63,694 bases of DNA, filler included, from Octopus bimaculoides (GCF_001194135.2; 6 parts of 4 records of this genome joined end to end with filler, not necessarily neighbours in it), one strand, 5' to 3'. Shown: positions 38,322-53,563, counted from the first letter of the whole stretch. The notes: a model not told the origin generated them from the letters alone. Numbers and translations: made by a program.

Positions 38322-38644
38322 AGCAAACATTTGCACATGAATTGTTTTATGCACAATGCACACACACATGCAGATAAACATGAAATATAACTTATAATTT
38401 AGAATTAATAATTTATCTCATCACTTTAAAAGTATGCCTATTGTTTTTTGTTTATTATATTGTCTTTGTTTTAACCTCTGTGTATTTGTGTGTGTATATG
38501 TATATATATATATATGTGTGTGTGTGTGCGTGTATATATATACATACACATTCATGTAAGTATATATATATACACACGCATATATATTCACACATTCATA
38601 TATACATATATACATATATATATATATGTGTATGGATGTATGTT

Positions 38645-38695
<51 letters not shown>

Positions 38696-39513
38696 GCACA
38701 CATGCACACACACATGCACAATACACACATGCATATGTATGTATGTATTGTTCCCTTTAAGAATGTAAAATGTTAACCCCTGTGGGAAAGCTTCTGATAT
38801 TCTTTGTTGTTATTATTATCAGTAGTAGCAGCAATATTAGTAGCATGTTGTAAATCAATATTACGAGATAATCATTTTTTAGTGTGTTTTTATGGTGGTG
38901 GTGGTGGTGGTGGCGTTGTTGTTGTTGTTGTTCACTTGCTGAATCAGTCAAGCATCAGGCAAATTTTTTGCTCTCATTTAGCTGTGTCTTCATGTTCTCT
39001 GTTTGAAATTACTCTGAGGTCCATATCATCATTCATTCTTTTTGGCTCAATAAAATGAAATGCCAGTCAAATAGTGGCATTGATTAAAGTAAGTATGATA
39101 GTTTGTCCATGAAAATTGTTGATGACCAAACAGCCAGAAAGATGCTAGACAAGTGCATAGTTTCATTATAGCGAGACAGAGAGGTGCACACATTAGAGTT
39201 CTCACTCTCTCTCTCTCTCTCTCTCTCTCTCAAACAATATGCTCAGTAGCAAGATAGAGTCAAGACAACTGAGCTTTTATAAAAATGCAAGATGTTGTTG
39301 AAATGGTTCTATAGAGCTCCTGTTCTCACAATGCCATCGAAGTTGGTTTTAGGCCAAGGTAACGAAACACCATACCAATTGTTTATCCTGCATTATGGTT
39401 TCTTACCCAACATGTCAATGTGTACCACCTGTGTCACACAATCCCGTTTGCCTGCAACCATGATGAAGATTACTTATTTTTTTCCCTGGGTTTTAGACCT
39501 TCTGGAACCTTCC

Positions 39514-39544
<31 letters not shown>

Positions 39545-39870
39545 AGACTTACTTGTAAAACAGGACGTGTGCGTTCAATAATGTAATAATACAAAGAATA
39601 TATATACATGTATACACACATATATGTACATACTTACATCTACATGTGTATATACATGCATATCAGGGTACAGGACGTTAGAACAATAAACTACAGACAA
39701 CGGAACGAACACATAGGAAAACGGAAAGCCCCTTGGAATATCCCTTCATCAGCTGTCTCTATTCTATCCAGACGTTTCTAACGTCCTGTACCCTGATATG
39801 CATGTATATACACATGTAGATGTAAGTATGTACATATATGTGTGTATACATGTATATATATTCTTTGTAT

Positions 39871-39970
39871 NNNNNNNNNNNNNNNNNNNNNNNNNNNNNN
39901 NNNNNNNNNNNNNNTTAATTAATTAANNNNNNNNNNNNNNNNNNNNNNNNNNNNNNNNNNNNNNNNNNNN
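39871..39970. other. Artificial contig-join spacer
   Basis: Linker at 39915-39926. Confidence 0.95.
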
Positions 39971-41064
39971 TATATATATAGGTATATACATATATGTGTA
40001 TATGTATATAAATATGTGTGTGCGTTTTTGTGTGTGTATATATATATATATATATATCTTATATGTATGCATACATACCTACTGATATGGGTGTGCATGT
40101 ATGTGTGTGTGTGTGTGTGTGGACGTGTGTGGTTGTGCGTGTGTTCAATTTCAATCTGGCAAGCTCTCCACCAGCTGGTCATTAGTCATATTACCATACA
40201 CGCGGAATGGCGCTTTCCCCGACACCATTCAACATTTTCTTTTAGCAGTATTCAGTGACCAGAATAATCAGATACTTATTAGAAAGTGGGAAATATTCGC
40301 AGATGCTGTGTTAGTTATTTCTTCTCAAAAATAACTGGAAGAAACAACGTCGTATCCCCAAATAGCCGTTCGACATGCTAGAAAAAGTAATCAAAATCCT
40401 CAGATCTTACATCACGACTTAACAGTCTTCAGGATTAAAAATCTTATGTGTAGCTACTTGGTTTGTAAGAAATAGGATTGACATCCCATTCAAATAAAGC
40501 ACAAGAATCGTAAAACACACTAGGTGACAATGGTTAATGTAGTTCTAGATAGTAATGGTCACAGTTGGTACGCCATAAGCTATAGTTTAGCCCGATCAGA
40601 GCTGATCTGGTAATAAACAACATGAACTTCAACTTAGATGTACTAAAGTTATTTAAAGCAGAAAGTGTAAACAAAATAGGATCTGATAAGTGAGCAAAGA
40701 AACTTTTGTATGATGATACTGCTTACTAGACATATAAGCTACATCTCCCTCAAATCATTCCGATTTGAAACGAAAGGACATTCCTTGATATTCAGTATGT
40801 CTGGGAAAATAGAAACGACAGAAAATTGTGATCTCTGCAAATTTTGAGATTCTACATTTCTTTGTCGAAAGTAACTAATGTCAAACGGTTGACAATAAAA
40901 ACAGTCATAGGTTACTCTCAGAGATGGTACCTATATACTAGCAGATCGACTGGGCCATTAAAATGTTAAATGTTTTTACAGAAATCAAATATCATCAAGA
41001 TGGAGAGAGCACAGTAAAATTTTGTTGGATACACGTTGCTGGTTACGTAACCGGTTGTCAATAA

Positions 41065-41095
<31 letters not shown>

Positions 41096-42697
41096 ATGCA
41101 ATAACACCCGGAACCTGTAGGTCGTAGGTTCACATAGGTTTCGATAAGATAAAAGGCTGTAATTTACAACTAGACCCGGACGTTTCATTCTATTCCAGGT
41201 AGACATTTAATTTTGAAGGGCTAGAAGCAATCGGGCCGTAAGCAGGTACCGACTGCAGCGAAATAGTTATACGAGATTCCAATATGTGCTTTAGTACAAC
41301 CACAAACAGATAATCACACATACACAAATTTACCTACACGAACACACACAAATCCGCATTTTTTCATGTTTATTTACATATGTTAATAAATATGTCTCAG
41401 TTTACATGTTAGATGAAAGAAATACAAAATACTAAAAGAGAAGTTTGCTATTTCAGATTTCAATTTGACGCTTCTCATATTGCATAGCAAAAGAAGTCTT
41501 AGAACATTAAATAGCAACGGAATGAAAACCCGGCTTAAAAATATGTGCATATTAGTCTCTATGAATAATTAAAACATGAGTATTTGAAGAATTGGATTTT
41601 GCTAAACAATGCTCTCACATTTCAAATAATGACCACATCATACTAAACACTAGCGTATCTCTTTTCTCAGTATTCACATCTGAATCAAGAAGACTAATAC
41701 TGGAATAACTGACAAGGAACATTTTCCTAAATCACTTTTTATTTTGTTGGCAGGGGTTTATACAGGGATGACGGCTTACTCATATATAAAATCCTTCAAC
41801 GGAAAGATAATGCGATTACAGTATTAAGCACCTGAATTCCAGCACTACACTAATCCAAAAGATTTTATGTTATATCAAATTTACTATAGAATCCCAACTG
41901 GCCCCTAAAATTATCACGTTTCTATTTCGCATTGGTCAGGAAAATATTCCTCATTCACATAGTTCATTGTGCGATACAACTATGACGTTGCCAAGTTTTT
42001 AGAGTCACCTCTATGACTACATTATAAATATAACAAAAATGCTTATTTAAAATGGTAAGATATAATTTCTTTGCTAACTACAAAAGGTTGAGTAGCTGTA
42101 CAGTGGCTCCCATCATTTGTTGGGAAGCTATTTATGTGTTTTCATTTTACTGGAGCGCAACACATCCGTCTGGCAGTGAGTTGACGCAGGAATATTGCCA
42201 GACATTTTCTTACTCCTACGGCTGCTGTTGGTGTTGGTATTATTGCGTTGCTGTTGTTGCTGCTTTTTTTGTGGCTGTTGTTGTTGCTGGTGGTGTTGGT
42301 GTCGGCTTGAATGTTGTTTAAATTTTTCTATACTGTGTTGAACGAAATTACACTCGCTCCAGTGGTTTCATTGAAAATATCACAAGACCTGGAGTTGTGA
42401 GGTTGACGATTTAACGATGCAAAATGTCTCAGTGCACAGGAAGAGGAGGAAGTGTAGAAAGAAAACAATGAAAAAAGTTAGAGAAGTTACAAAAAATGAC
42501 AGTAAATACTAAATATATAAACCAAACAAAAAAGAAAAAAAATTAAAAACTATAAAAGATATTAAAACGATAAAAGAATATAAATGTTTAAAAAACAGTA
42601 GTAAAATTTACTGAATAACAGAAACTAAAATAACGGTAAAACCCAAAATTAAATAATACAGAAAAAAACATATACATATACATATATNNNNNNNNNN

Positions 42698-42733
<36 letters not shown>

Positions 42734-43269
42734 TATGCATGTATGTATGTATGCACATATACACAGACAGATAGGTTATATACAAAAATATATACACGCA
42801 CATACACACAGTCACACACACTTACATACGCAAATATATATATGTAATAGTTGCATATATGCGTCTGTGTGTGTGTGTTGCGCGTATGATTATATACAAA
42901 ATTATATATGTTTTGTATTAGCACTTATATTCAAAAATACTTGTACATACATTTGGGTGTGTCTGTATGTTGACATGCATATATACTTGTGTATATATAT
43001 ATATATATGGTGTGAGTGTTAATATACGTAAAGTCTAGTTCTCTCTCTACATCTGGTATGAAATGAAACAGACTACATTTTTTTTCTGTAACACCCCCAC
43101 CCATTCTTGAAAAATGCAAATTAACAGACAGAAGAAAAGATTTGTAATTTACTGTAAGCATTTGGTGATGTTGCTAGCTGACTAACTTGCAATTACCTAC
43201 TCTATAATAACGACAACAATTCTTTCAATAACAAGAACAATAATAGTAATAATAATAATAATAATAATA

Positions 43270-43314
<45 letters not shown>

Positions 43315-44615
43315 TTGATGACGATAACAATAACTATTAATATTATTGTTGTTAATATTTCCTTTGTTCGTTGGTGGATTTGCTATTTATTTATTTCCCC
43401 AAAAATATTATCATCATCATCATCATCGTCGTCGTCGTCGTCGTTGTTGTTGATGCTGCTATTGTTGTTGTTGTTGTTGTTACTGTTTTTGCTGTTGTTG
43501 TTGTTATTGTTGCTGGTGTTATTATTATTATTTTTGACAAATTCTGTTTCTAGTATTTCAAAAGGGCTTTAATTGAAACACGGATCGATATTTAATCGAT
43601 AAAAAAAATATCATTAAAAAAAAAAGAAAAAGTAAAGCAATGAAAGCCAAGAACAGTAACAACAACACAACCTTTAAGAACATTAACCACGACATCAACA
43701 ATACCACCAACAACAAATACTACAACTAATACTATTACTACTATTACTACTATTGTTACCATTGTAACAATAACAATGCGAAAGGAAGCGGGTCCAACAA
43801 CAACAACTGCGACCACAACAAACACGGCGCTACAATCCACAATAGCACCGCCACAAGAAGAACAAGAGGAACAATAATAAAATAATAACACCAACAAACG
43901 TTGACAATAGCAACAAGAGATACAACGCTATAATAACAACATTAATACAACAGCAGCAACAACAAAAACAGCAGTGACACCATCATTATCATTATGGAGA
44001 ACAGTGAGAGCAAGAATAACAAAAGAAGATCCATTTAAAACAATGCCATTGTAGGATTCAATACAAGGCGTATTGTTTTTTTTTCTTCTTCATTTCCTTT
44101 TGCCAAGAATCACAAACTTGACGTGGATACTGTTGTTCTTGTTTGAAGTATTTTTCTCGAGTTGCTTGGTAGAAATTGTAGATTGACCCTTCTTCATCTT
44201 GCGGTATTCGATCCGCCTCCTTACGTACGGAGTTCAAATCTTACCCGGGCTAAAATTTCTCTCTTTTCTTTTCATCTTTCCCTAATCGATAAACTACAGA
44301 AACAGCCAAGCAAAGGGATATTGCTAAAAGCCATCATAGGCCTCCCCTACATTTCAAGGCCTACGTCTATGATAGAGGCAATTATTATCATTATTAGTAT
44401 AATGTAGTAGGAGTACTGTTGGATTTGCAAAATCGTTGGGCACCCGTAAAAAAACCGAGTTATTGTCCCTGCTCTCAGCATTGTGACTTCTAATTCCATC
44501 GATGTCGACGTTGCTTTTTATCTTTTTGTGGTCGATAAAATAAGTACCAGTTGAGTACTGGAGTCGATGTAATCAACTAGCCCTTTCCCCCTTGCGCCCA
44601 TAGTAGAAAGGATTA

Positions 44616-44663
<48 letters not shown>

Positions 44664-44799
44664 GGTCGATTTGTTATGAATGAATTTCGTGTCGGATCCC
44701 GTAAATAATTTGCAGAAATCCCTAAAGCCTTACGGTTGCATGCGTGAGTGTGTGTGTAGGTGTGTATGTGGGGTGGTTTGCTTGTTCGGGGTAAAATCT

Positions 44800-45345
44800 A
44801 TTGGCGCGGAGTGCCATGAGCTGTACCTGCCCGAGATGCGAGCATGGCGACGAAACAATTCTGCACACTCGTCCAGTGTCCAAGAATTGCTGACATGTAG
44901 AATTATGTCACACAACTGATCTCAGGTGTAGGATGCATCCGGCTAGTAACTGAGTACGTTGTAAAAATCGTCCATCAACCTTTTTTCTGGCTGGGTAGAA
45001 CAGGCTGTATTCCATCTGTTTGATGGTCTAAGCGAAAGTCCTTGTGTGGTGGACCAGATTGAAAGGTCTGAAAACAATTTTGTATTTGGACAAGCTCTCG
45101 TCCACTTTTCAAAGTTTCACTTTGAATGGGAAGCGCTGCGTCCTCCCGGAAAATATGTTGAAACGTGGATGTGAGTGGCAAGCATGATCCGAGTGAACGA
45201 ACTTACCATGAGCATGCGCCTGGAGAGTGAATGAGGGCAAGAAATAAGAATGCACGATCAGAATAGGTACGCTCTTACCTCTTCCAACTTTTCACTCCCC
45301 GATAAGAACTTCTCTACAAGAAAACAAAGGAAAAATAAAAGATAA
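44800..45345 (+). mobile_element. Tx1/L1-like LINE 3' end (CCHC zinc knuckle region), degenerate
   Basis: CTCPRCEHGDETILH / LVQCPRIADM, WWTRLKGLKT, VASMIRVNELTMSMRL. Confidence 0.65.
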
Positions 45346-45744
45346 ACTTAGAAGCGATTTCCTCCCATTAAAAAAACACGCTCTTTCTCCCCCTCCCTCT
45401 TCCCTCTCCTCTTCTCTCTTCCTCGCCTCTCTCTCTCATCCCCGCTCTCTCTCACCTCCTCTCTTTCTCCCTTTGCCATTACGTAGCAGCCTTCATCGAA
45501 TTGAACACGTGTATGAAAGAATGTTCTTGTCTTAATATTTAGGATGACTTCGGCGTTGCGAAATTTCCACGAGTAGCCATCGTTGAGAAGTTTCTCTCTT
45601 TTGAGGAATATTTCATTGTTTCGAAATTGATCGTTTCTTTGTTCCTTTCTAGTATTTTTCATTTTCTTTTTCACACGCGCTTTCATGTAATCCCACATTA
45701 TTCCATCGTTTTTCTAAATCCTCGATGGTTAATAAAGAAATAAT

Positions 45745-45790
<46 letters not shown>

Positions 45791-45888
45791 GCCGATATTG
45801 TAATTATTGATAAGATTCTATTGTCATTGTCATTATTTTTGATATAATTACACTTATTCATCGTTGTTATGATTAATAACCAATTCTA

Positions 45889-45928
<40 letters not shown>

Positions 45929-48209
45929 ATTGTTGAAGATTTAAATTAAAACCAAGCGACATCAAGAAGTTAGAAAAGACTAAAGAATGCGGTAGTAAAT
46001 ATTATGGCAGAATCAAGAGCAGCAGCAGCAGCAGCAGCAATAGCAACAACAACAGCAACAACTACTACTAGTCGCAGTAGCAGCAGTAGTAGTAGTAGTG
46101 GTGGTGGGGGTGGTGGGGGTGGTGGTGTTGGTAACTACAAAGAGGAACGACAACAATCGCAACTTCAAAGACGGCAATAAAACGGCGATGATAGAATTAT
46201 TTCAATGTCAGCAGGAAACTACATCCTTAGTTGATGGTTATGATGTTGATTGTGGTAATGATGATAATGACCATTCACGCGCACACGTATCTAGACATAC
46301 ATGTGTGTGTGTGTGTATATTCATATGTGTATATACATATGTAAATATATGTATTGTGTGTGTGTGTACCTGTATATATATATATATANNNNNNNNNNNN
46401 NNNNNNNNNNNNNNNNNNNNNNNNNNNNNNNNNNNNNNNNNNNNNNNNNNNNNNNNNNNNNNNNNNNNNNNNNNNNNNNNNNNNNNNNNNNNNNNNNNNN
46501 NNNNNNNNNNNNNNNNNNNNNNNNNNNNNNNNNNNNNNNNNNNNNNNNNNNNNNNNNNNNNNNNNNNNNNNNNNNNNNNNNNNNNNNNNNNNNNNNNNNN
46601 NNNNNNNNNNNNNNNNNNNNNNNNNNNNNNNNNNNNNNNNNNNNNNNNNNNNNNNNNNNNNNNNNNNNNNNNNNNNNNNNNNNNNNNNNNNNNNNNNNNN
46701 NNNNNNNNNNNNNNNNNNNNNNNNNNNNNNNNNNNNNNNNNNNNNNNNNNNNNNNNNNNNNNNNNNNNNNNNNNNNNNNNNNNNNNNNNNNNNNNNNNNN
46801 NNNNNNNNNNNNNNNNNNNNNNNNNNNNNNNNNNNNNNNNNNNNNNNNNNNNNNNNNNNNNNNNNNNNNNNNNNNNNNNNNNNNNNNNNNNNNNNNNNNN
46901 NNNNNNNNNNNNNNNNNNNNNNNNNNNNNNNNNNNNNNNNNNNNNNNNNNNNNNNNNNNNNNNATACAGTTATATATACATATGCATGTATTTATATGTA
47001 TATATGTGAGTTTATGTATTCGCGCATACACACCCACATATATGTATATACATGTATATACATATATGTTTGTGTGTGTGTCTGTGTGTATATGTATGTG
47101 TGTGTGTTATATATGTACACATACATATTTTATGTACATAAAATGTATGCGTACGTTTGTATAAACATATTAGTATCTAACTGTGTATATACATCTAGTC
47201 TAGATATATTACGCCAATGTATTTTCCTCGGACACACACACTCGCGCTGACATGCACATACATGCACACACGCACACACACATACGCAAACAGATGCACG
47301 CACACAGACGCAAACACACGCAAACACACGCACGCACACATATCTCTGTTTACATTTACGCACGCTGAGTAATTTGTGTCCCGCAGTCTATGATTCCTAA
47401 CACTTACCCATAATTTATCCACCCACCCCGATCGCATCTTACCCTACCCCAGGTCATGCGTAGACTAAGAATCTGTCACACAAATTTCTATCGAAAACAA
47501 AAAGTCAGTGAATTTCAAAGCAATGCAACAACGACCTTTGGTGACCCCTTTACTGTAAGGAATGTCTTTTCTACTAACTGGTCCTTAATAGTACTTTCAC
47601 CTCACCCCACTCTTGACCGCCAACGCCCCCACTGAGAATGATAGCTTTAAATTACGATGTACAATATAACTACGTTTGTGTCGAATATAACGATGTACTT
47701 ACCATCCATTATGTACGTTTGAAATATATAACCTTTTACCATTTTTGTGTAGCACTTAACCAAAGCAATAAAGTTCTGTGTAGGATTTTAATTTCAAACC
47801 AATGTCATCCTCCACCCGTGTTTCTCTCCTCCAACTCCTCGAATCATATTAAAATGTGATGCCACTGAATCTCTCGTGTTTGTTTGTTTGATGGCTTTGT
47901 TGCTCGATCGCTTGCTCTTTTGTTTCGGAAAGTTCAGAAAAGTAAGGCAAATTACCCATATTATTTAATCAATATATTAGATTGAAAAAAAGTCCTGTCG
48001 CATACTTGACACGATTACTTTGAGAGTTCTTTTTCGATACTCACGGTAAAATAAGCATTAAGTCTTGCATTCGAATGTTTTTTTTTTCTTTTTCTACATA
48101 GTATTTGATACCATTGCAGTTAAAATCCTATTGATTTCACCCATTTAAATTGAGTCTAGATCAGACCCATATCAGATCTTGCAAGCTATATGAATTCATG
48201 AAGGGTCTT

Positions 48210-49060
48210 CAGTAATGAAATTATGGGTAAATGTGAAGAACCATAGACGGCGCGACACAAATTACTTTCAATGCACAAACATTTGTGAGGAGAATAAATC
48301 TTTAAGTGCTCTGACGTACCAACAATTGCTTGGCTAGTTTCACTCGGGGAATGTTTTTCCGTAGATTGACCTAGGTCTCGACGTCCATGTTCTGTCAATA
48401 TTACGCTTCTGAAAAGGGTTTTTAAAGAAGATCCAAAGCAAATTTCAGAAGAATTATCAAAACAATTCAATTCAAGTCACACATTGATCATAAAACACCT
48501 CTATGAAGAAGAAAAAGTGTTTAAATTTGTTCAATGTTTCTCTTATTACCTGACTACTTCTCGGCTTAATCAGACGTTACTGATCAAAAGACTTGTTACC
48601 GGACCTCTTGTGAGTAGACTCAACACAGGCGATGAAATAGTGGCTTTTCTATTATCACATCCAACAAAAATGACAATAGTTAGTACCTGATGACAAAAGA
48701 GAATTCATCCCCAAATCATGATTCCCCACTAAAAAATTTGTTTGGCATTTGATGGATACAAAGAGTGTCATCTGTCACGTAGTGTTAAACCAAAACAAAG
48801 CTGTTAATACGGAATATCATCACCCAAAATTTGCACACAAAATCTCCATCAGTGGTCAATCGTAAAGTTGCGTCGCTTTTACACGAAAATGTTTATAGGA
48901 TTCAGTATGCAAGCCTTGCATCATCATTCTCACCCGCCCGACCTTTACTACATCTGACGATCATCTTTTCTAACTATTGCAACATTATTCAGAGGGGAAA
49001 AGAGCTTATTGTTTGTGAAGAGGTTAAAACGTTAGTGAGTTTCTTTAGATTGAAACTCGA
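48210..49060 (+). mobile_element. Highly degenerate mariner transposase remnant
   Basis: RSRRP..KEDPKQISEELSKQFNSSHTLIIKHL (HTH), TGDE, VNRKVASLLHENV, SPARP..TSDDHLF resemble mariner motifs. Confidence 0.6.
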
Positions 49061-49504
49061 TGTTTTACAGCCGAAGGATTAATAATTTGCCAAATTGATG
49101 GGATTTTGTTATTAATGATGAAGGGAAATATTATCTTGACAAAATATATCAATTAAGATCAAAGATGCATTTGTCGCTTTGCTATCTTGAAATGCGAGAG
49201 GATTTACTTGCCAACCATATACATTAATTAAAATAGGAAATTGATATTGTTTTGTTTACCAGAATTTATCATTCTAAATAAGTAATTTAGAAACAGTAAT
49301 ATGAAATGTGCCTGAAGATTCATTGGGACTATTTCTTATTACTGTGCCATGGTAATGCAGAAACATCCGCATCGTTTTCTAATCGGTTAGAAGTAGCAGA
49401 AAAGCCTTAAGTAACCCTATGCACAAGTAACTGATCGAATACTTTAGTTCTGGAGAAGATCACGTCCGAAAAAATAAGCGGAATTCATGGGTACATAAAT
49501 GCAT

Positions 49505-49536
<32 letters not shown>

Positions 49537-49961
49537 NNNNNNNNNNNNNNNNNNNNNNNNNNNNNNNNNNNNNNNNNNNNNNNNNNNNNNNNNNNNNNNN
49601 NNNNNNNNNNNNNNNNNNNNNNNNNNNNNNNNNNNNNNNNNNNNNNNNNNNNNNNNNNNNNNNNNNNNNNNNNNNNNNNNNNNNNNNNNNNNNNNNNNNN
49701 NNNNNNNNNNNNNNNNNNNNNNNNNNNNNNNNNNNNNNNNNNNNNNNNNNNNNNNNNNNNNNNNNNNNNNNNNNNNNNNNNNNNNNNNNNNNNNNNNNNN
49801 NNNNNNNNNNNNNNNNNNNNNNNNNNNNNNNNNNNNNNNNNNNNNNNNNNNNNNNNNNNNNNNNNNNNNNNNNNNNNNNNNNNNNNNNNNNNNNNNNNNN
49901 NNNNNNNNNNNNNNNNNNNNNNNNNNNNATATAGAGAGAGAGAGAGAGTTATTAATATTTC

Positions 49962-50003
<42 letters not shown>

Positions 50004-50853
50004 CATCTTGCTCAGCTTGTAAAATGAGTAATCTTGCGACACACCGTCGCAGAATCCTCCTGAGCCTACAATTCGGGAAGGACATTTCATTCTCTATTAA
50101 TCATTACTATTAATGTGTGATATTCAATGGTATCTGCTCATAAGGTGCTCATTATGTCTTGCAGCGATATAATTTGTAATTGTTCATCATTATATTTTTC
50201 ATTAATCTTCTGGGAAAAACAAATTGCTTTTATTTCCGTCCAGTTTTGTACTTGGAATCTGTATTTATTTTAATGTTGTTTTGCATGAGATATATTTTTG
50301 TTGCTATAGAATAGATATTTAATGATATTATTCCTGTTGAATAAAGCCTTATCTACCTTTCTCCGTATCGTTTCTAGTGACAAATTCTAAACACAATAAT
50401 TATTTGTTTAATCTTGCTAATTCGCTTAATATTATGGCTCTACCTTATTACTAGAAAAGCTAGTTATTCAGACCTAATAGCATATACGCATCGTTTCCTT
50501 TTGTTTCTAATATTAATATATATCTTCTATAACGTTCCTTCCTAGTTTTCTGATTTACTTCTGCGTATTCTCCCAATTTCAACATTAGCCTATTTAGAAG
50601 CAATCCTTGTTTTAATGCTAATCATTTTTAGTACATGGAACGTAACAGATTTGTTGTTTTTAAATTAATTTACCTCAGATTCACGGCGACTTAGGTATAC
50701 TACTTAAAAAATATAACTTCATATATATTGCTCTTTTAAATTTGCGAACTCTAACATTTTTTCTGTGTATCTTGTTTATAGAATACATACACACACTCTC
50801 TCACTCCTTTTCTCCCTCTCTCTCGTTCTCTTTCTCTCTCTCTCTCTTTCACG

Positions 50854-50895
<42 letters not shown>

Positions 50896-52126
50896 AGAAG
50901 TCGACTCAACTTCATCAGTTCCACTTTGAGCTTTTCTTCCACGCACAGATGTATTTCAATAAACTCTATTATTTCTTTCAGTCATTTAATTGCGGCCATG
51001 CTGGAACACCGCCTATAGTCGAACTAGTCGACCCCAAGACTTATTCTTTGTAAGCCTAGTACTTATTCTTTCGGGCTCTTTTGCCGAACCGCCAAGTTAC
51101 GGGAACTTAAACACACCAACATCAGTTGTCAAGCGATGGTAGGGAACAAACACAGACACACAAATACATACATACATACGACGGGCTTCTTTCAGTTTCT
51201 GTGTACCAAATCCACTAAGAAGTACCTGGTCGGCCAGAGGCTAAAGCAGAAGACACATGCCCAAGGTGCCACGCAGTGGGACTGAATCCGGAACGATGTG
51301 GTTGCGAAGCAAGCGTCTTACCACACAGCCACTCCTGCGCCCATAAACGCTTTAGAATTTTTTGAGACTACATCATTTTCTACATGTCAGATAAATCAGT
51401 TACACCATTTCTTGATGCCTTCCAAATGTTTGTATTATATAGTATTTCTGACAAGTAATAAATTTGTAAGTATCCCTGTCCATGGCCAGAAACCCCCTGC
51501 CCATTTTCTCCCTTGAAATTTTCTACTGCTTTGTCGCATTTGAAAATCGTTTTGAAAGAGAGAAAAAACTCTTCGTTTAGTACGAAGCTGTTTTACCATT
51601 TTTGATAACCACATATTCTTCATGATTTAGCAAAAGATCTCTTCTACTAAAAATTATCTGATTTTAAGTATTTCGTTTTATTTCATATTTTAATGATATT
51701 TGTCTGCCTTTTTTTTTGTGTTTTCGCTGTCGATGCCATTAAGGATCAGCTACATTTTATTTTATTTCTGTCTCTCCACGATCGTTTTCAATGTGGTTAT
51801 TTGTTTGTGACTGCTGCTGCTGCTGCTGCGCTATTCTACAAAACAGTTAATATTTCCCTGGTGCTATTGATGGCTACATCTGTTTGCAGTGCTTTGGCCT
51901 ACACCGACTGTGTGTGTTTTATTATTGTATTATCGATATGTTTTATCTTTGTGAGAATCTTTCGTTGGTCCATGGAGAGATCTCATATCGATTTTCATTC
52001 TTTAACTATTTCAACCTTTATTATTATTGTCCAACACTACAATTCTAAATTTAGATATTTCTCATTTTGTGTTCCCAAATTCCTTAGTTGCATTATCCTT
52101 CTGTTATTTTCTTGTCGATAATCCGT

Positions 52127-52211
52127 AGGTATATAGGGTGAGGTGTAGGCATTCAGGGTGAGATGTAGGTTAATAGGGTAGGATGTAGGTATACAGGGTG
52201 AGATGTAGGTT
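52127..52211. repeat. 20-bp minisatellite, about 4 copies (gtaggtatacagggtgagat)
   Basis: Seen directly. Confidence 0.85.
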
Positions 52212-53097
52212 TAATTCCATTTTCTTTCTTTCTTTTCTATTTCTTCTGCTGTGTCTATTTTTCTGGGGAACTGTGTCGAGATGTTTCTGGTGCATTGAAT
52301 ATTTGCTGCGTTCACTGTAGAATAGAATGTTTGTTTGTGTGTGCGTGTGTGTGTCCGTCTGTGTGTGTGTCTGTGTGTGTGTGTGTGTGTCCGTGTGTCC
52401 GTGTACGTATGTATGTATGTACGTGGGTGTTCGTGTGAGTGTGCGAGTGTGTGTGATGGATGCAGAATTTATTGAGTGAGCGGTGTGTAGAGCGCTTGTT
52501 TTGTGAAACGTGTGTAGATTATCTGTAGAGATTATCTGTAGATTATCTGTAGAATATTTCTTAAGGTGTCTCTAGAATATCTGTTGCATAAGCTGTGCCC
52601 TGAGACACTTTGAGAAACTTACTTATTTAGTTCAATGCCTGCCATGATTAAATAAACTAATAACTGAATGCATTCCAAACGTGACAATCCTGTCTTCAGG
52701 ATATGTCGACAGTCTTATTAATAAAGATTAGACAAATGACATCTGATTTGAAGAAAGAAAACTGTTATATCTTACACGTCTAGAGAACACAGGGAATATC
52801 GAATGTTGACACGTAATGGTATGTGGTGATTCTGTAGAATATAGACAGGAAATATATGGCACCGAGCTGGCAGAATCGTTGTCATGCCAGGAAAAATGCT
52901 TAGCGGCATTTCGCCCGTCTTTATGTTCTGAGTTAAAATTCCACTGAGTTTGACTTTGCCTTTCATCCTTTCGGGATCGATAAAATATGTGCTAATTGAT
53001 TACTGAGGTCGACGTACCTCTCCCCAGAAATTGCTGGCCGTGCGCTAAAGTTTGAAGGCAATATGACTAGGAAATATATTGTGTGTAGATTGTGGTA

Positions 53098-53181
53098 TGT
53101 GTTGTGTATATATACAATGTGTTGTGTATATATACAATGTGTTGTGTATATATACAATGTGTTGTGTATATATACAATGTG
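53098..53181. repeat. 20-bp perfect minisatellite, 4 copies (atgtgttgtgtatatataca)
   Basis: Seen directly. Confidence 0.9.
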
Positions 53182-53517
53182 AAGTGCAGAGTATAAAAAT
53201 TGTGTAGGGATTGTGCTGTTTTTAGACTATAAATTATGTAGGTTATATAGAGCGCATGTGAGGTGTGGGATAAATGTAGAACTTGTGTTGTGTATCTTTT
53301 GTATTGAATAATGTGCTGTATCAATTTTACGCAGAACGTGTACTTTTGAAGGCAGTATGGAGAACATATGTCGCGTAAGTTGTGTTTATACCATATTCTG
53401 CGTGGGTTATTTGTTTATTATTGGTTAGAAATTGTGTAAATTCCAGTTCTTGGTCTTATATGCCATGAATTATTGTATTGGATGTCGACTATTAATTATC
53501 ATTATCATTATTATTAC

Positions 53518-53563
<46 letters not shown>

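Noticed and set aside
39407-39451. 45-nt phase-1/1 minus-strand exon candidate (KRDCVTQVVHIDML) with good AG/GT sites
   Set aside because: Isolated, no recognisable homology or partner exons; expected by chance in 60 kb.
44730-45330. Apparent minus-strand microexons with strong splice signals (KFLSGSEKLEE, AHAH, WTLDECAELFRRH)
   Set aside because: The plus strand reads as a Tx1/L1-like LINE 3' end with a CCHC knuckle; the splice-like sites are incidental.
51693-52121. 142-aa hydrophobic ORF resembling a membrane protein
   Set aside because: The hydrophobicity follows from a T-rich strand; no recognisable motif or splice context.
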